NCBI GenBank assembly: GCA_965221955.1 | Contig: CBDCTA010000004.1 | Span: 32,001-96,000, forward strand | DNA length: 64,000 bases | Direction of reading: 5' to 3' | Source of the DNA: Gammaproteobacteria bacterium | GTDB taxonomy: Bacteria; Pseudomonadota; Gammaproteobacteria; UBA4575 | Part shown: positions 1 through 9,887 of the stretch, one piece after another | Layout: each line of letters opens with the position of its first letter | Numbering within the stretch: the stretch's first letter is position 1 | The notes under the pieces: model-generated | The model's database searches: none | Told to the model about the DNA's origin: nothing | The model's input: the letters and a program-made list of their open reading frames with translations, nothing else | Program-made: the position numbers and the translations under genes

Positions 1-1
1 G

Positions 2-997
2 ATTGAATATCATGAAATTACGGAAGCCTTATCTGCAATGAATGATGAAATTGTGACGAAATTTCCTGAATATAGTAAGACTGTTTCAAAAGAAGTGGCA
101 AAAATTAATGGGCTGACCGATGTTCCTCGTTTTTTTGCTGGCTATAAAGGGGACGGCGTTGCCAAGAGAGAAAGCTATTTAACCACTGGTTTACCAGTTA
201 AAAAAGTAGAGTTTCTTCAAGGAGCCTTTAAATCTGTTTTTGGAATTGCGCCTTTAAAATCGACGTCTGAAAAAGGTACACACGATGTGACTTATAGTTC
301 TTTATTAAAACGCTATCATGATTTTGATAGACATGGTTATACAAAGGATGGTTCAAACAGAAAAGGCTACAAAAAAGGACGTGGCCCTCATTCAGTTGCC
401 TATAACCAAACAAAAGCTGCTGTTGATAGGTTAACAGGAAAAGACGGCTTAAATCGTTCCCCCATACCTAGCATCATTCCACCAAAGCTGCCTGGACCGG
501 GCAAAAAAGTAAAACGTGATTTCAGTGATGTGGAAGATTCTTGCTGGAATATTATGTCTCCATTACAAAATCTACCTTTAGATAAATACATTGGTACAGG
601 TTGTTTAGTGCCGGTCCCAAATGTATTTAATGCCTTATCTATTTATGAGCTCGAACAAGATTTTTTAACACAAGCTATTGGCGCAAGTTATTGGACGGAT
701 CCAAATGATTTAAGCATTTTATCTTATGTAGAACGTTCAAGAATGGGTGGTGAAATTCTTACAACTTATTTTAATACACCGGTGAAAGCAGAATTTGGTT
801 ACGCACAAGCAGAAATTTATAACGATAAACATCCAGACTTATATTCACAATATTGGCGTGCAGTTTTGCGGCCTAGCACACTTCTTGAGTCAGATAAGCG
901 TGATGATGCAATTTTGGCATCTCAAGACTTTACTGAGCTTAATACTTTTTTAAATACCTTCTCCAAACAACAACATGAGTATTTAAGTGCACACTAG
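2..997 (+). CDS. Tad-domain/TadG-like pilus accessory protein, C-terminal part (5' truncated by window)
   Basis: Frame is open from nt 2 through the ATG at 38. It lies directly upstream of and overlaps a TadE-like gene. The C-terminal AQAEIYN...DLYSQYWRAVL resembles ends of large Tad pseudopilins (recollection, not searched). Confidence 0.5.
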   Translation: MEYHEITEALSAMNDEIVTKFPEYSKTVSKEVAKINGLTDVPRFFAGYKGDGVAKRESYLTTGLPVKKVEFLQGAFKSVFGIAPLKSTSEKGTHDVTYSSLLKRYHDFDRHGYTKDGSNRKGYKKGRGPHSVAYNQTKAAVDRLTGKDGLNRSPIPSIIPPKLPGPGKKVKRDFSDVEDSCWNIMSPLQNLPLDKYIGTGCLVPVPNVFNALSIYELEQDFLTQAIGASYWTDPNDLSILSYVERSRMGGEILTTYFNTPVKAEFGYAQAEIYNDKHPDLYSQYWRAVLRPSTLLESDKRDDAILASQDFTELNTFLNTFSKQQHEYLSAH

Positions 998-1571
998 ATT
1001 TAAACAATATGGAATTGCGTCTGTAGAAGCAGTGTTTATTTTTCCTGTTCTACTTTTGCTCTTTTTAGTCATGTTGCATATTACGAAAGCAATGATGACA
1101 AATATTGATGTTATAAATGAATCAAGATTGTCCGCTTGGGGGGATGCGATCGGAATATTTGGCGATATTAGAATTTATAAGCCTGTAGCTAAGAGTGGGG
1201 CAACTATAGATACGTCGATATCAAGTGTTAACCCTCCTAACTCATCGAGTCTAATTGATGATATGAGATCGGCTGGCTCTAGAAAATACAATAATTCAAA
1301 TTCACTTACTAAAATTTTATATAACCAAGACCTTGGCATTAAGTTAGCAAGCTCTTCAACAAGTTATAACACAACGCGTGGTAAGTTAAATTGGTCTTTT
1401 GATGTTGAAAAAAGTTATGCAATAGTACCAACACCTATTTGGACTGCAGACGATATTCCATACGGTTATGATAAATACTTAAAGGATACATTGGATAGCA
1501 AATGTCTATTTACAAGAATGTTTCCTAAAGTGCCACCTTATCGAACACCAGATTGTAAGAAATGGTTATGA
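987..1571 (+). CDS. tadE: TadE-like pseudopilin
   Basis: N-terminal G|IASVEAVFIFPVLLLLF prepilin motif (Gly -1, Glu +5, hydrophobic helix); Tad operon context. Confidence 0.75.
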   Translation: MHTRFKQYGIASVEAVFIFPVLLLLFLVMLHITKAMMTNIDVINESRLSAWGDAIGIFGDIRIYKPVAKSGATIDTSISSVNPPNSSSLIDDMRSAGSRKYNNSNSLTKILYNQDLGIKLASSSTSYNTTRGKLNWSFDVEKSYAIVPTPIWTADDIPYGYDKYLKDTLDSKCLFTRMFPKVPPYRTPDCKKWL

Positions 1572-2383
1572 GACCGAAACATATTTGCTGTGCGAATCTA
1601 ATTGTTATTTTATTTGCATGCATTATATTAATGAGAGCGGACATTGTTAAAGCGGATGTCTATATGGATTTTTCTGAGAGTTTGCTTTCTACGGCTAGTT
1701 TGCTCAACGCAAATACTTCTGATTCTCAAGACAGGCACATTATCTTAAATGGTGTGCCGCTCACTACACGTATTTATAAAGTTAACATAAAGCATAATCG
1801 GGCAATTGAAAATGTCACAAATTATTTTCATAAGCCAAAACATTACGAAAAAGTTACACAAGACGAGATATCTCAGATACTTTCTGAGCCTACAGTGGTT
1901 GTGACCAAGGAGTGGTCTGCGCTATACAACATAAATCTTGATGACGCTCATGCGAGGTCAGATGTGAATTTTATTACCTTTGCTAAAAAAATCTCTCACA
2001 ATGAATCTCAAATCTTTGAACTGAAATTTGACAATGCTGAGGATATGAAAGACTTGTTATTTAAAATGCAAGGTGATGTTACATGTAATGAAGTTTTTTC
2101 AATACAGCGGATCCCAAATTCAAGGAGGAAGTTTTGTTTAACAGAACTTACTGAAAGCAAAATTCTTTTTCAAATTGTTATTTATGAAGGGAAGGGCAAC
2201 CCTGTAAATCGTGCTAATCACTATCAAATTGAGCTGCTTAATCAGGATTACCGTTTGGATATGATTGATACCCAATCACATGATAGAGCAATTATTTTTG
2301 CATCGAACGAGATTAGTAGGACGACTATCTTTACATATAAAATGAGTAACAAGGTACTAGATGTTGTTCAGTTTCAATTTTAA
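1562..2383 (+). CDS. Exported hypothetical protein of the Tad operon
   Basis: 273 aa with a hydrophobic N-terminus (VKA cleavage-like site); overlaps tadE and precedes cpaB. Confidence 0.6.
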   Translation: MVMRPKHICCANLIVILFACIILMRADIVKADVYMDFSESLLSTASLLNANTSDSQDRHIILNGVPLTTRIYKVNIKHNRAIENVTNYFHKPKHYEKVTQDEISQILSEPTVVVTKEWSALYNINLDDAHARSDVNFITFAKKISHNESQIFELKFDNAEDMKDLLFKMQGDVTCNEVFSIQRIPNSRRKFCLTELTESKILFQIVIYEGKGNPVNRANHYQIELLNQDYRLDMIDTQSHDRAIIFASNEISRTTIFTYKMSNKVLDVVQFQF

Positions 2384-2406
2384 AAAGTAAAACAATAAGG
2401 CTTCAT

Positions 2407-3198
2407 ATGAATAAGTTATTACTAGTAATTGGTTTGGTTCTTGGGCTTGTCACGGCATGGCTATTGTATAGCTATACCTCTAAGCTTGAGCGAGCACAAG
2501 TAAGTGCGCCCTTTATTAAATTAAGTTCATCTATTTCACTTTCTACTGGTGAAACTCTTGAATCTAATCACTTAGAATCAATTTCGTTACCCGAAAAGTT
2601 TGCTTCACTCGCAAGTTTTGCAATACCTGATAATCAAGATAATCGAAATTGGATAATAGGAAAGCGTGTAAATAAAGATGTTAAAGCAGGATCGCTATTG
2701 CAATATGATTTTTTTAGCGATGAGCCAGAAGAAAGATTTTCTGCAACAATTGAAAAAAATAAGCGTGCAATGACGATTCCCGTTAGCCCAAGCAGCTCAG
2801 TATCGTATTTTGTAGAACCAGGTAGTAGGGTTGATTTGGTCGGTACTCTACGATTAGATCTGAGTGAGGATGTACAAGTGCCTGTACCCTCCAGCATTCG
2901 TGACAATATCGCTACTGAAAGCACTACAATCCCTCAACTTGTATCAAGAAGTGTAACAAAGACTTTATTGCAGAATGTAAAAGTTTTAGCTGTAGGTAGA
3001 GCGACTACACGCGGAAGCTATTTAGGTGTCGCAGATGATGGATATAGGAATATTACACTTGAAGTTACACCATATCAGGCTGAAAAACTAATATTCGCAA
3101 TGTCTAATCTTGTTAGTGAACCGATTATTCTGCTAAGAAATCCTGTAGACGATACAGTTGAAGACATACCTGTTGTGAATTGGAAAGACTTAAACTAG
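2407..3198 (+). CDS. cpaB: Flp pilus assembly protein CpaB/RcpC
   Basis: N-terminal TM, SAF-like region, RAMTIPV...V(E)PGSRVDL, LLQNVKVLAVG, ITLEVTPYQAEKL and LLRNP motifs. Confidence 0.9.
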   Translation: MNKLLLVIGLVLGLVTAWLLYSYTSKLERAQVSAPFIKLSSSISLSTGETLESNHLESISLPEKFASLASFAIPDNQDNRNWIIGKRVNKDVKAGSLLQYDFFSDEPEERFSATIEKNKRAMTIPVSPSSSVSYFVEPGSRVDLVGTLRLDLSEDVQVPVPSSIRDNIATESTTIPQLVSRSVTKTLLQNVKVLAVGRATTRGSYLGVADDGYRNITLEVTPYQAEKLIFAMSNLVSEPIILLRNPVDDTVEDIPVVNWKDLN

Positions 3199-3207
3199 AA
3201 AATTGCG

Positions 3208-5109
3208 ATGGAACTTTCAATCTTTAATACATTAACGGGTGAGAAAAATACTCATCCGATTTTGTCGAAAGAGATACGGATCGGTCGAAATCCAAATCAA
3301 TCATCCGATACGAATGGTGAGGATGAGCTTGATGGCGTACAAAAAATTACATTGGCAAGCAAAATTGTTTCTAAGCATCACCTCACATTACATCATGCAG
3401 ATGATACTTGGTTGCTCAAGCATCTCGGCACTAATGATACGTTTATCAATGAACAAGAAGTATCTCATGGGCAAGTGCTTACGATAACAAGTGAAGATGA
3501 AATAAAGTTTGGAGAATTTTTATTAAATATTGCTAAAGACAAAATCAGTCAAGAGTTTGAGAGTCCTGAGCAAGAAACCAGATTGCTTGAGTTAGAGAAA
3601 TCAATTCATGAGCAATTATTATCGGCGTTAGATTTACGTAGAAGTGGAGCCAGTATTAATCTAGAGGATGAAGCGACAAAAAATAATATTGTAAAGTTTT
3701 TGAATGATATTGTAGCGAATCGATTAGAAGAAATAAGTGAAGATGAAATCAAAAATATTACAAGGACGGCCATACTTAGAAAATTAACTCATGAAGTAAC
3801 AGCAGTTGGTGGTAATACATCTAAGAACACTTGGGATTATGCAATATCGTTTGATAGTTCATCTTTAAATAAACAGCTCCATGATATGTTGAAATCCATT
3901 GCAAGCCAATTAGGTTTAGCAATGAATAAGAAATCTTTAGAAGAGGATTGCAAAAATATTGATCTAAATTTTGATGATATTTATAAAAATTATGAACTGG
4001 AGTTTTCACAAGGTGTAAAACGAGATATTGCTGAAAGTTTTATTAAAAAAAATATTCTCGATTTGATATTTGGATTAGGGCCTCTACAAGACTTGATGGA
4101 AATGGACAGTGTCTCAGAGGTGATGGTTGTATCGAAAGATAAGATCTTTATCGAAAAATTTGGAATTGTAGAGGATTCAAGACGAAAATTTATTTCTGAT
4201 GCGCTCTTACTAGCTACGATAGAAAGAATTGTATCTCCAATTGGTAGACGTATAGATAAGAGCTCTCCAATGGTCGATGCACATTTGCCTGATGGATCTA
4301 GGGTGAACGCCATAATTCCTCCTCTGGCGCTAAAAGGTCCATGTGTAACGATTCGCAAGTTTGCACAAGTTCCACTCACGATTGATGACTTAATTGGATT
4401 TGAAGCCTTAACAAATCAGGTTTCAAAATTTTTGCAAGCCAGTGTGGCAGGTGAAAAAAATATTGTAATTTCGGGTGGTACCGGCTCTGGTAAAACGACT
4501 TTACTCAATTGTGTGTCCGCTTTTATTCCGCGTAAAGATCGAATCGTTACTATTGAAGACACTGCAGAATTACAGTTGAAACAGGAACATGTCGTTTCCC
4601 TTGAATCTAGGCCCGCAAATATGGAAGGCAAGGGTGAAATAACCATTCGTGATTTAGTTAAAAATGCTTTACGAATGCGTCCAGATCGAATTGTAGTAGG
4701 TGAGTGCAGAGGTGCTGAAGCTTTAGACATGTTGCAAGCCATGAATACTGGTCACGATGGATCAATGACTACTGGCCATGCAAATTCACCTGAGGACATG
4801 ATGAGAAGGTTGGAAGTGATGGTGTTAACCGGTACAGATATGCCAATTTCTGCAATACGTGAACAAATTGTCTCTGCAGTTGATTTGGTTGTTCAGCTTA
4901 ATCGATTATCAGATGGCAGTAGAAAAATTACTTGCATATCAGAAGTTATAGGTATTGATGAAAACACGGGTGAAATCATTACAGAAGATATTTTCAAACT
5001 TAAACAAGTTTTTGGATCAACAAGCCAAATTTTTCATACAGGCTATATTCCAACTTTTGTGCAAGATTTACTAAATAAAGAAATCATGACGTTGGACACA
5101 TTTTTTTAA
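3208..5109 (+). CDS. cpaF: FHA domain-CpaF/TadA pilus ATPase fusion
   Basis: N-terminal FHA (IGR...VSKHH...GTNDTFIN); GLGPL, Walker [41 protein letters not shown]. Confidence 0.93.
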   Translation: MELSIFNTLTGEKNTHPILSKEIRIGRNPNQSSDTNGEDELDGVQKITLASKIVSKHHLTLHHADDTWLLKHLGTNDTFINEQEVSHGQVLTITSEDEIKFGEFLLNIAKDKISQEFESPEQETRLLELEKSIHEQLLSALDLRRSGASINLEDEATKNNIVKFLNDIVANRLEEISEDEIKNITRTAILRKLTHEVTAVGGNTSKNTWDYAISFDSSSLNKQLHDMLKSIASQLGLAMNKKSLEEDCKNIDLNFDDIYKNYELEFSQGVKRDIAESFIKKNILDLIFGLGPLQDLMEMDSVSEVMVVSKDKIFIEKFGIVEDSRRKFISDALLLATIERIVSPIGRRIDKSSPMVDAHLPDGSRVNAIIPPLALKGPCVTIRKFAQVPLTIDDLIGFEALTNQVSKFLQASVAGEKNIVISGGTGSGKTTLLNCVSAFIPRKDRIVTIEDTAELQLKQEHVVSLESRPANMEGKGEITIRDLVKNALRMRPDRIVVGECRGAEALDMLQAMNTGHDGSMTTGHANSPEDMMRRLEVMVLTGTDMPISAIREQIVSAVDLVVQLNRLSDGSRKITCISEVIGIDENTGEIITEDIFKLKQVFGSTSQIFHTGYIPTFVQDLLNKEIMTLDTFF

Positions 5110-5958
5110 ATGAGTATTTTATTGCCAATATTGGGTTTTTTTGCTGTATTGCTACTAGCGTTGTCATTGCCAAGCGCTTTAGAATCGTTGGCAAAAAATT
5201 TAGCTTCTACGGCAAAAGAAAAAACAGGTATTGCAACGAATACACAAAGTGTATTAGGTATTCATCCTGATAAATTATTTCGTGTTATAGGTATTGTGGC
5301 TGTAGTTATTGCCATACTTGTTTGGCTTGTAACGAACAGCATACTGATAAGTCTGATATTTTTTGCCATCACATTTTTTATTCCAAAATTGATTCAAAGC
5401 TATAACCAAAGTATTCGTCTCATTGAGTTTGATGAGCGTTTGCCAGCCGCGTTGGATCAAATGAGCAGTTCTGCTAAAGCAGGTATGAGCTTGGCGCAAA
5501 CAATTGAAGAAGTCGGTTTAAATTCTCCTAAGCCTATTAATGAAGAATTTTTAACAATGCATCAAGAGCATAAATTAGGTACTGATCTGAGTCAGACTAT
5601 TATAAACGCACGTCAAAGGATAAAAAGCAAACCCTTTTCATTAGTTGCTTCCGCTCTGTTGGTAAATATTGACAAAGGTGGAAATCTTCCTGATGCATTA
5701 GAAACACTCTCTATTTCGTTAAAAGAAATTTGGCGTTTGGAACAAAAGCTTATTACTTCATCAGCTGAAGGTAGAAAAGCAATGTGGGTGATCAGTGCTG
5801 TTCCTATTTTTATCGCCTTGCTCGTGTTTGCGTTACAACCTGAACTAATTTCAGGGCTAACGGGGTCATTGTTGGGGATTACTATACTAGTAATTGCAAT
5901 ATTGACCTATGTTTTGGGTTTGTATTGGTTAAGAAACATACTTAACCAGGAAATATAA
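5110..5958 (+). CDS. tadB: TadB (T2SS F-family inner-membrane platform)
   Basis: FDERLPAALDQMSSSAKAG, GGNLPDAL, SAEGR motifs; TM helices; follows cpaF. Confidence 0.88.
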   Translation: MSILLPILGFFAVLLLALSLPSALESLAKNLASTAKEKTGIATNTQSVLGIHPDKLFRVIGIVAVVIAILVWLVTNSILISLIFFAITFFIPKLIQSYNQSIRLIEFDERLPAALDQMSSSAKAGMSLAQTIEEVGLNSPKPINEEFLTMHQEHKLGTDLSQTIINARQRIKSKPFSLVASALLVNIDKGGNLPDALETLSISLKEIWRLEQKLITSSAEGRKAMWVISAVPIFIALLVFALQPELISGLTGSLLGITILVIAILTYVLGLYWLRNILNQEI

Positions 5959-5960
5959 CG

Positions 5961-6845
5961 ATGTTATCTACACTACTTCCTATATTGGGCGGCATTTCAA
6001 TATTTTTGCTTAGTTTTGTATTGATAACATGGTTTTACCGTTATGCAATAGATGTTGAAGTAGATGAAATTAATAAGAATGTAATTTCTGGAACCTTCCT
6101 TGAGCCGATCGTCGCAAGATTAAGTAAGTTTAATCATTTTTTGCAGTTTGATAATTTAGCCAGTTCAATAGATCGAAAACTAGTTTTAGCAGGCAACCCT
6201 GGGAAAGGGTTAAATGGCTATGAGTATATTTCTATTACTCAACTCATAGGTCTTCTTGTATTTGTCATTTTTCTCTTAGCACTTATATCTATGGGCATGT
6301 TTTCTTCTTTTACATTTATTTTGGTGATGATTATTACCATAATCGTCATTTGGGTATCGTTTGAGTGGCTAAATAATCAAGTTTCTTTTAGAAGGAAAGA
6401 AATTTCTAGATTATTTCCTTATTTTCTCGATCTCAGCGTGATGACCATGGAAGCAGGCACGAGTTTTCTTGAGACAGTAGATATTTACATTCGTGATAAT
6501 CCTAAAAATGCATTAACAGAAGAACTAACCATGTTTGCATCTGAAGTTAATATGGGTACGACTTTTGAAGAAGCGTTAATTAATTTTGAACACCGTATCA
6601 GCGCAGAAGAGGTCCAAAACACCTTGCGAGCTATACGGCAAGGTCAAAAAATGGGCACACCTATGGCCAATATACTGCGTGATCAAGCTGAAACCGTTCG
6701 CTTTAAAAGAACTCAAAATGCTGAGAGAGCTGCAGAAGAAATGAAAGTAAAACTGCAAGGTCCAGCAATGTTACTAATGGTTTCTGTATTGTTAATAATT
6801 TTAGGCCCGGCATTGGTTGAAGTGATAAACAGTGGGGTTTTCTGA
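5961..6845 (+). CDS. tadC: TadC (T2SS F-family inner-membrane platform)
   Basis: FPYFLDLSVMTMEAG, QGQKMGTPMANILRDQA, AERAAEEMKVKLQGP. Confidence 0.88.
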   Translation: MLSTLLPILGGISIFLLSFVLITWFYRYAIDVEVDEINKNVISGTFLEPIVARLSKFNHFLQFDNLASSIDRKLVLAGNPGKGLNGYEYISITQLIGLLVFVIFLLALISMGMFSSFTFILVMIITIIVIWVSFEWLNNQVSFRRKEISRLFPYFLDLSVMTMEAGTSFLETVDIYIRDNPKNALTEELTMFASEVNMGTTFEEALINFEHRISAEEVQNTLRAIRQGQKMGTPMANILRDQAETVRFKRTQNAERAAEEMKVKLQGPAMLLMVSVLLIILGPALVEVINSGVF

Positions 6846-7681
6846 TGGCAGCAACAACAATTATTAATCCAACATTAATAGCCTTATCTGGCCCGCTTAA
6901 AAGAAAAAAGGTACTTGTATCAAAAGACAGCTTTGTTTTAGGCAACAATCACACTGCGGATTTAAAAGTACCTGGAGAACGTGTTGCTAAAATTCATGCT
7001 GTTATAGAAAAAGATCAATTTGGCACATGGCAAATAATCTCTAAGTCTGATGCTGGAGTTCTTGTAAACAAGCAACACGTTGAAAAAGCAACATTAAATA
7101 TTGGTGATTTAATTCAAGTTGGTGAAACGACGTTATTCAAATTTGAAGGTAAGGTAGCGAAAACAAGCAGAGATAGAAATAAAGAAGTTTTACAATCTTC
7201 TGAAGGTGTAAAAATTAAAAAACCAGTTTTATATCTTCTTGGAGCATATTTATTGTTAATGGCTGGTGTTGGTATATATCTATCATTAGATTTTTCAACA
7301 GAAACTGAGACAGGATTATCGAATGAATACGTTAGCAGTGTATTAGACTCTACAAAAGAGTATCTAATCAATTTAACACCTGACGCAAAAACTAATTCTT
7401 CTGATATTTTGTTTGATAAAAATAGAGATATTTCAGCTACTTATTACAATATTAAAAATTCAACGATTTCTGGCACAAAAAATAGTCTCGTGGATAGTTT
7501 GATTGCTGAATTAGAAAATTCATTTTTTAGAGCCTGGAAGTTAGAACGGACAAAAAATTATCAAGAAGCGTTAGCAGAATATCAAAGAATATTGAATCTT
7601 GTGCCTGACAATCAAGCAGTTACTACTAAAGTTGCAAGCTGGCGTATTAATGTTATTAAGGATAAGAGCCGTAAAAGATGA
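6845..7681 (+). CDS. FHA-domain membrane protein with periplasmic helical/TPR-like C-terminus
   Basis: FHA-like N-terminus (FVLG...VAKIHAVI...GVLVN...LNIGDLIQVG), one TM at about aa 128-148, C-terminal YQEALAEYQRIL. Confidence 0.75.
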   Translation: MAATTIINPTLIALSGPLKRKKVLVSKDSFVLGNNHTADLKVPGERVAKIHAVIEKDQFGTWQIISKSDAGVLVNKQHVEKATLNIGDLIQVGETTLFKFEGKVAKTSRDRNKEVLQSSEGVKIKKPVLYLLGAYLLLMAGVGIYLSLDFSTETETGLSNEYVSSVLDSTKEYLINLTPDAKTNSSDILFDKNRDISATYYNIKNSTISGTKNSLVDSLIAELENSFFRAWKLERTKNYQEALAEYQRILNLVPDNQAVTTKVASWRINVIKDKSRKR

Positions 7682-9849
7682 AAGAGAAAACACAATTAGG
7701 TAATCGATATTTAATTGAAGACACTAGGGTAGGTGGATACTCAATCGTTTATAAAGCTTTAGATGAAAAAATTAATCGAACTGTTGCTATAAAAACACCT
7801 AATGAGCTCGTTCTTAGTAGTGAAAAAAACTTAGAAAAGTTTATTGAAGAAGCAAAAAAACTCGCCAAAATTAATCACCCCAATGTAATTGAAGTTTTGC
7901 ATTTTTATGAAGCAGGTGAGCTTGATGATAAGTGTCATATTGTCATGGAATGGATTTCTCAGACATTGGCTGAGCGGATCCAAGATGATGCTTTAGATAT
8001 CGATACAAAGATTTCTATCATTAATAAAACGCTGCAAGGTCTTTTGCACATTCATCAGTTAGGGATTATTCATTCTGATCTTAAGCCAGCTAATATTTTT
8101 GTGAGTGATGACAATTCAAGAGTAAAAATCGGTGATTTGGGTATTGCTAGACATATTGATGAAGACCATACCAGCATGGCAACCTTTAAATATGGTGCGC
8201 CTGAGCATTATCGAACGGATGTAAACATAGATTCGCGGGCAGATATTTATTCAGCAGGTTTATTATTCTATGAGTTACTCGTTGGCGAGAGTAAATTTAA
8301 ACAAATCTTCCAAGATATTTATTCTGATGATAATAATAAGAAACAAGATACACGTTGGTTAAATTGGCATCTAGATAAAAGTCGTGTTTTGCCTCCACTT
8401 ACAGAAGTAACAACTGGTATAAGCGAAAAGTTCAGCGCAGTTATAGAAAAAATGACTGCTAAAGATCTAAACGAGCGCTATGAAAAAATTGAAGAAATCT
8501 TACAAGATTTAGATTTCGAACATCATGCTTCCATTACACCTATTCAACCTATTGAACTTGAATCTACAAAGAGCAAAAAAAATATCTGGTTAAGTCTAGC
8601 AATCGCTTTTGCAGTTATTTTTGTATCTGCAGGAGTTATATTTCTTTATTTGCCAGATGACAAACCAGCAATATCTGCTGAAGAAGTTGTAGCGATGGCA
8701 AAAATGGCTAAAGAAGCTAAGGAGGCTGCAATTGTTGCTGGTGCCAATGATCCAATGATAAACGAATTTTCACAGGGTAATAACTTTTATGATCAAGCAA
8801 AAGGTGCTTATGATAAAGGTGAAAATGAATCACCTCTTCAGTTGTTTACTTCTGCAAGAGATCACTACATAAAATCTGAGCAGCTTGCCTATCAACGTAC
8901 CTATAGTGAACTTCAAAACCACATCAATGTTTTAGAGGCAAAGGTGCAAATGTACAAACTCAATCATGAGAGTCAGCCATTAAAGTCAGGATATTTAATG
9001 TTAGAGCAAGCAGGAAAGCATTTTGAAAACCAACAATATTTAGAGGCTTCAAATTCTTTGGCGCAAGCTAAAGTTGCATTTGAAGAATCTATTACGACCA
9101 TGCCAAGAAAAATACAGGTTGGAAGTACAGCAGAACAAATTGATGCGGCATTAATTTTGTGTAAACGTTTTGATCAAGATTGTGTTCGTGAGTGGTATGA
9201 AACTGAGAAAGCAAAAGAAGTAGAGCTTGAACCATTTGAAATGGATGAGCATGAAGTTTCCTACGCTCAATTTCTAAAGTTTATCGATGCGACCGCTTAT
9301 CAAACAGATGCTGAGAGGAAAGGATTTTCTTACGTTTGGAATGGGTACAAATCAGTAAAAACAAAAGGTGTTAATTGGCGCAATGCAAATGCAGGTGGAA
9401 ATGAAAATTTTCCAGTGACTCACATTAGTTTTAATGATGCCAAACAATTCTGTGAATGGCGTGGGTCTCGTTTGCCTACAGAAGCCGAATGGGAATACGC
9501 TGCAAGGGGAATAGAAGGGAATACTTTTCCATGGGGTAACAATTGGGATCCAAGAAAGATTTATTGGCCAAACGAAAAACCAGAACAAGCTCGTATACAA
9601 AATATCAAATCTTATCCTGGAGCAATTTCAGGCTCAGGAGGCTATGATTTTTCAGGCAGTGTTTGGGAATGGGTTGAAAAAACTGAAGATCCCAACGATG
9701 GCTTATTAAAAGGAGGTTCAATATTTGAGACGAATCCAGCAAATTTGCGAACATCCACCCAAAGAATCAATGACTTAAATCTTTCCAATAACGACGATGG
9801 CTTTCGTTGTGTGAAATCTACACAAAAGTGGCCAGAGAGCTATAATTAA
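7678..9849 (+). CDS. Membrane Ser/Thr kinase fused to a periplasmic FGE/SUMF1 domain
   Basis: VAIK, HSDLKPANI, DLG and APE kinase motifs; one TM; C-terminal FPVTHISFNDA..FC.W...RLPTEAEWEYAARG...FPWG...GSVWEW...GFRC. Confidence 0.9.
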   Translation: MKEKTQLGNRYLIEDTRVGGYSIVYKALDEKINRTVAIKTPNELVLSSEKNLEKFIEEAKKLAKINHPNVIEVLHFYEAGELDDKCHIVMEWISQTLAERIQDDALDIDTKISIINKTLQGLLHIHQLGIIHSDLKPANIFVSDDNSRVKIGDLGIARHIDEDHTSMATFKYGAPEHYRTDVNIDSRADIYSAGLLFYELLVGESKFKQIFQDIYSDDNNKKQDTRWLNWHLDKSRVLPPLTEVTTGISEKFSAVIEKMTAKDLNERYEKIEEILQDLDFEHHASITPIQPIELESTKSKKNIWLSLAIAFAVIFVSAGVIFLYLPDDKPAISAEEVVAMAKMAKEAKEAAIVAGANDPMINEFSQGNNFYDQAKGAYDKGENESPLQLFTSARDHYIKSEQLAYQRTYSELQNHINVLEAKVQMYKLNHESQPLKSGYLMLEQAGKHFENQQYLEASNSLAQAKVAFEESITTMPRKIQVGSTAEQIDAALILCKRFDQDCVREWYETEKAKEVELEPFEMDEHEVSYAQFLKFIDATAYQTDAERKGFSYVWNGYKSVKTKGVNWRNANAGGNENFPVTHISFNDAKQFCEWRGSRLPTEAEWEYAARGIEGNTFPWGNNWDPRKIYWPNEKPEQARIQNIKSYPGAISGSGGYDFSGSVWEWVEKTEDPNDGLLKGGSIFETNPANLRTSTQRINDLNLSNNDDGFRCVKSTQKWPESYN

Positions 9850-9887
9850 AATAATAAATACAAGTACCAAGGATGAGGCGTGGGATT

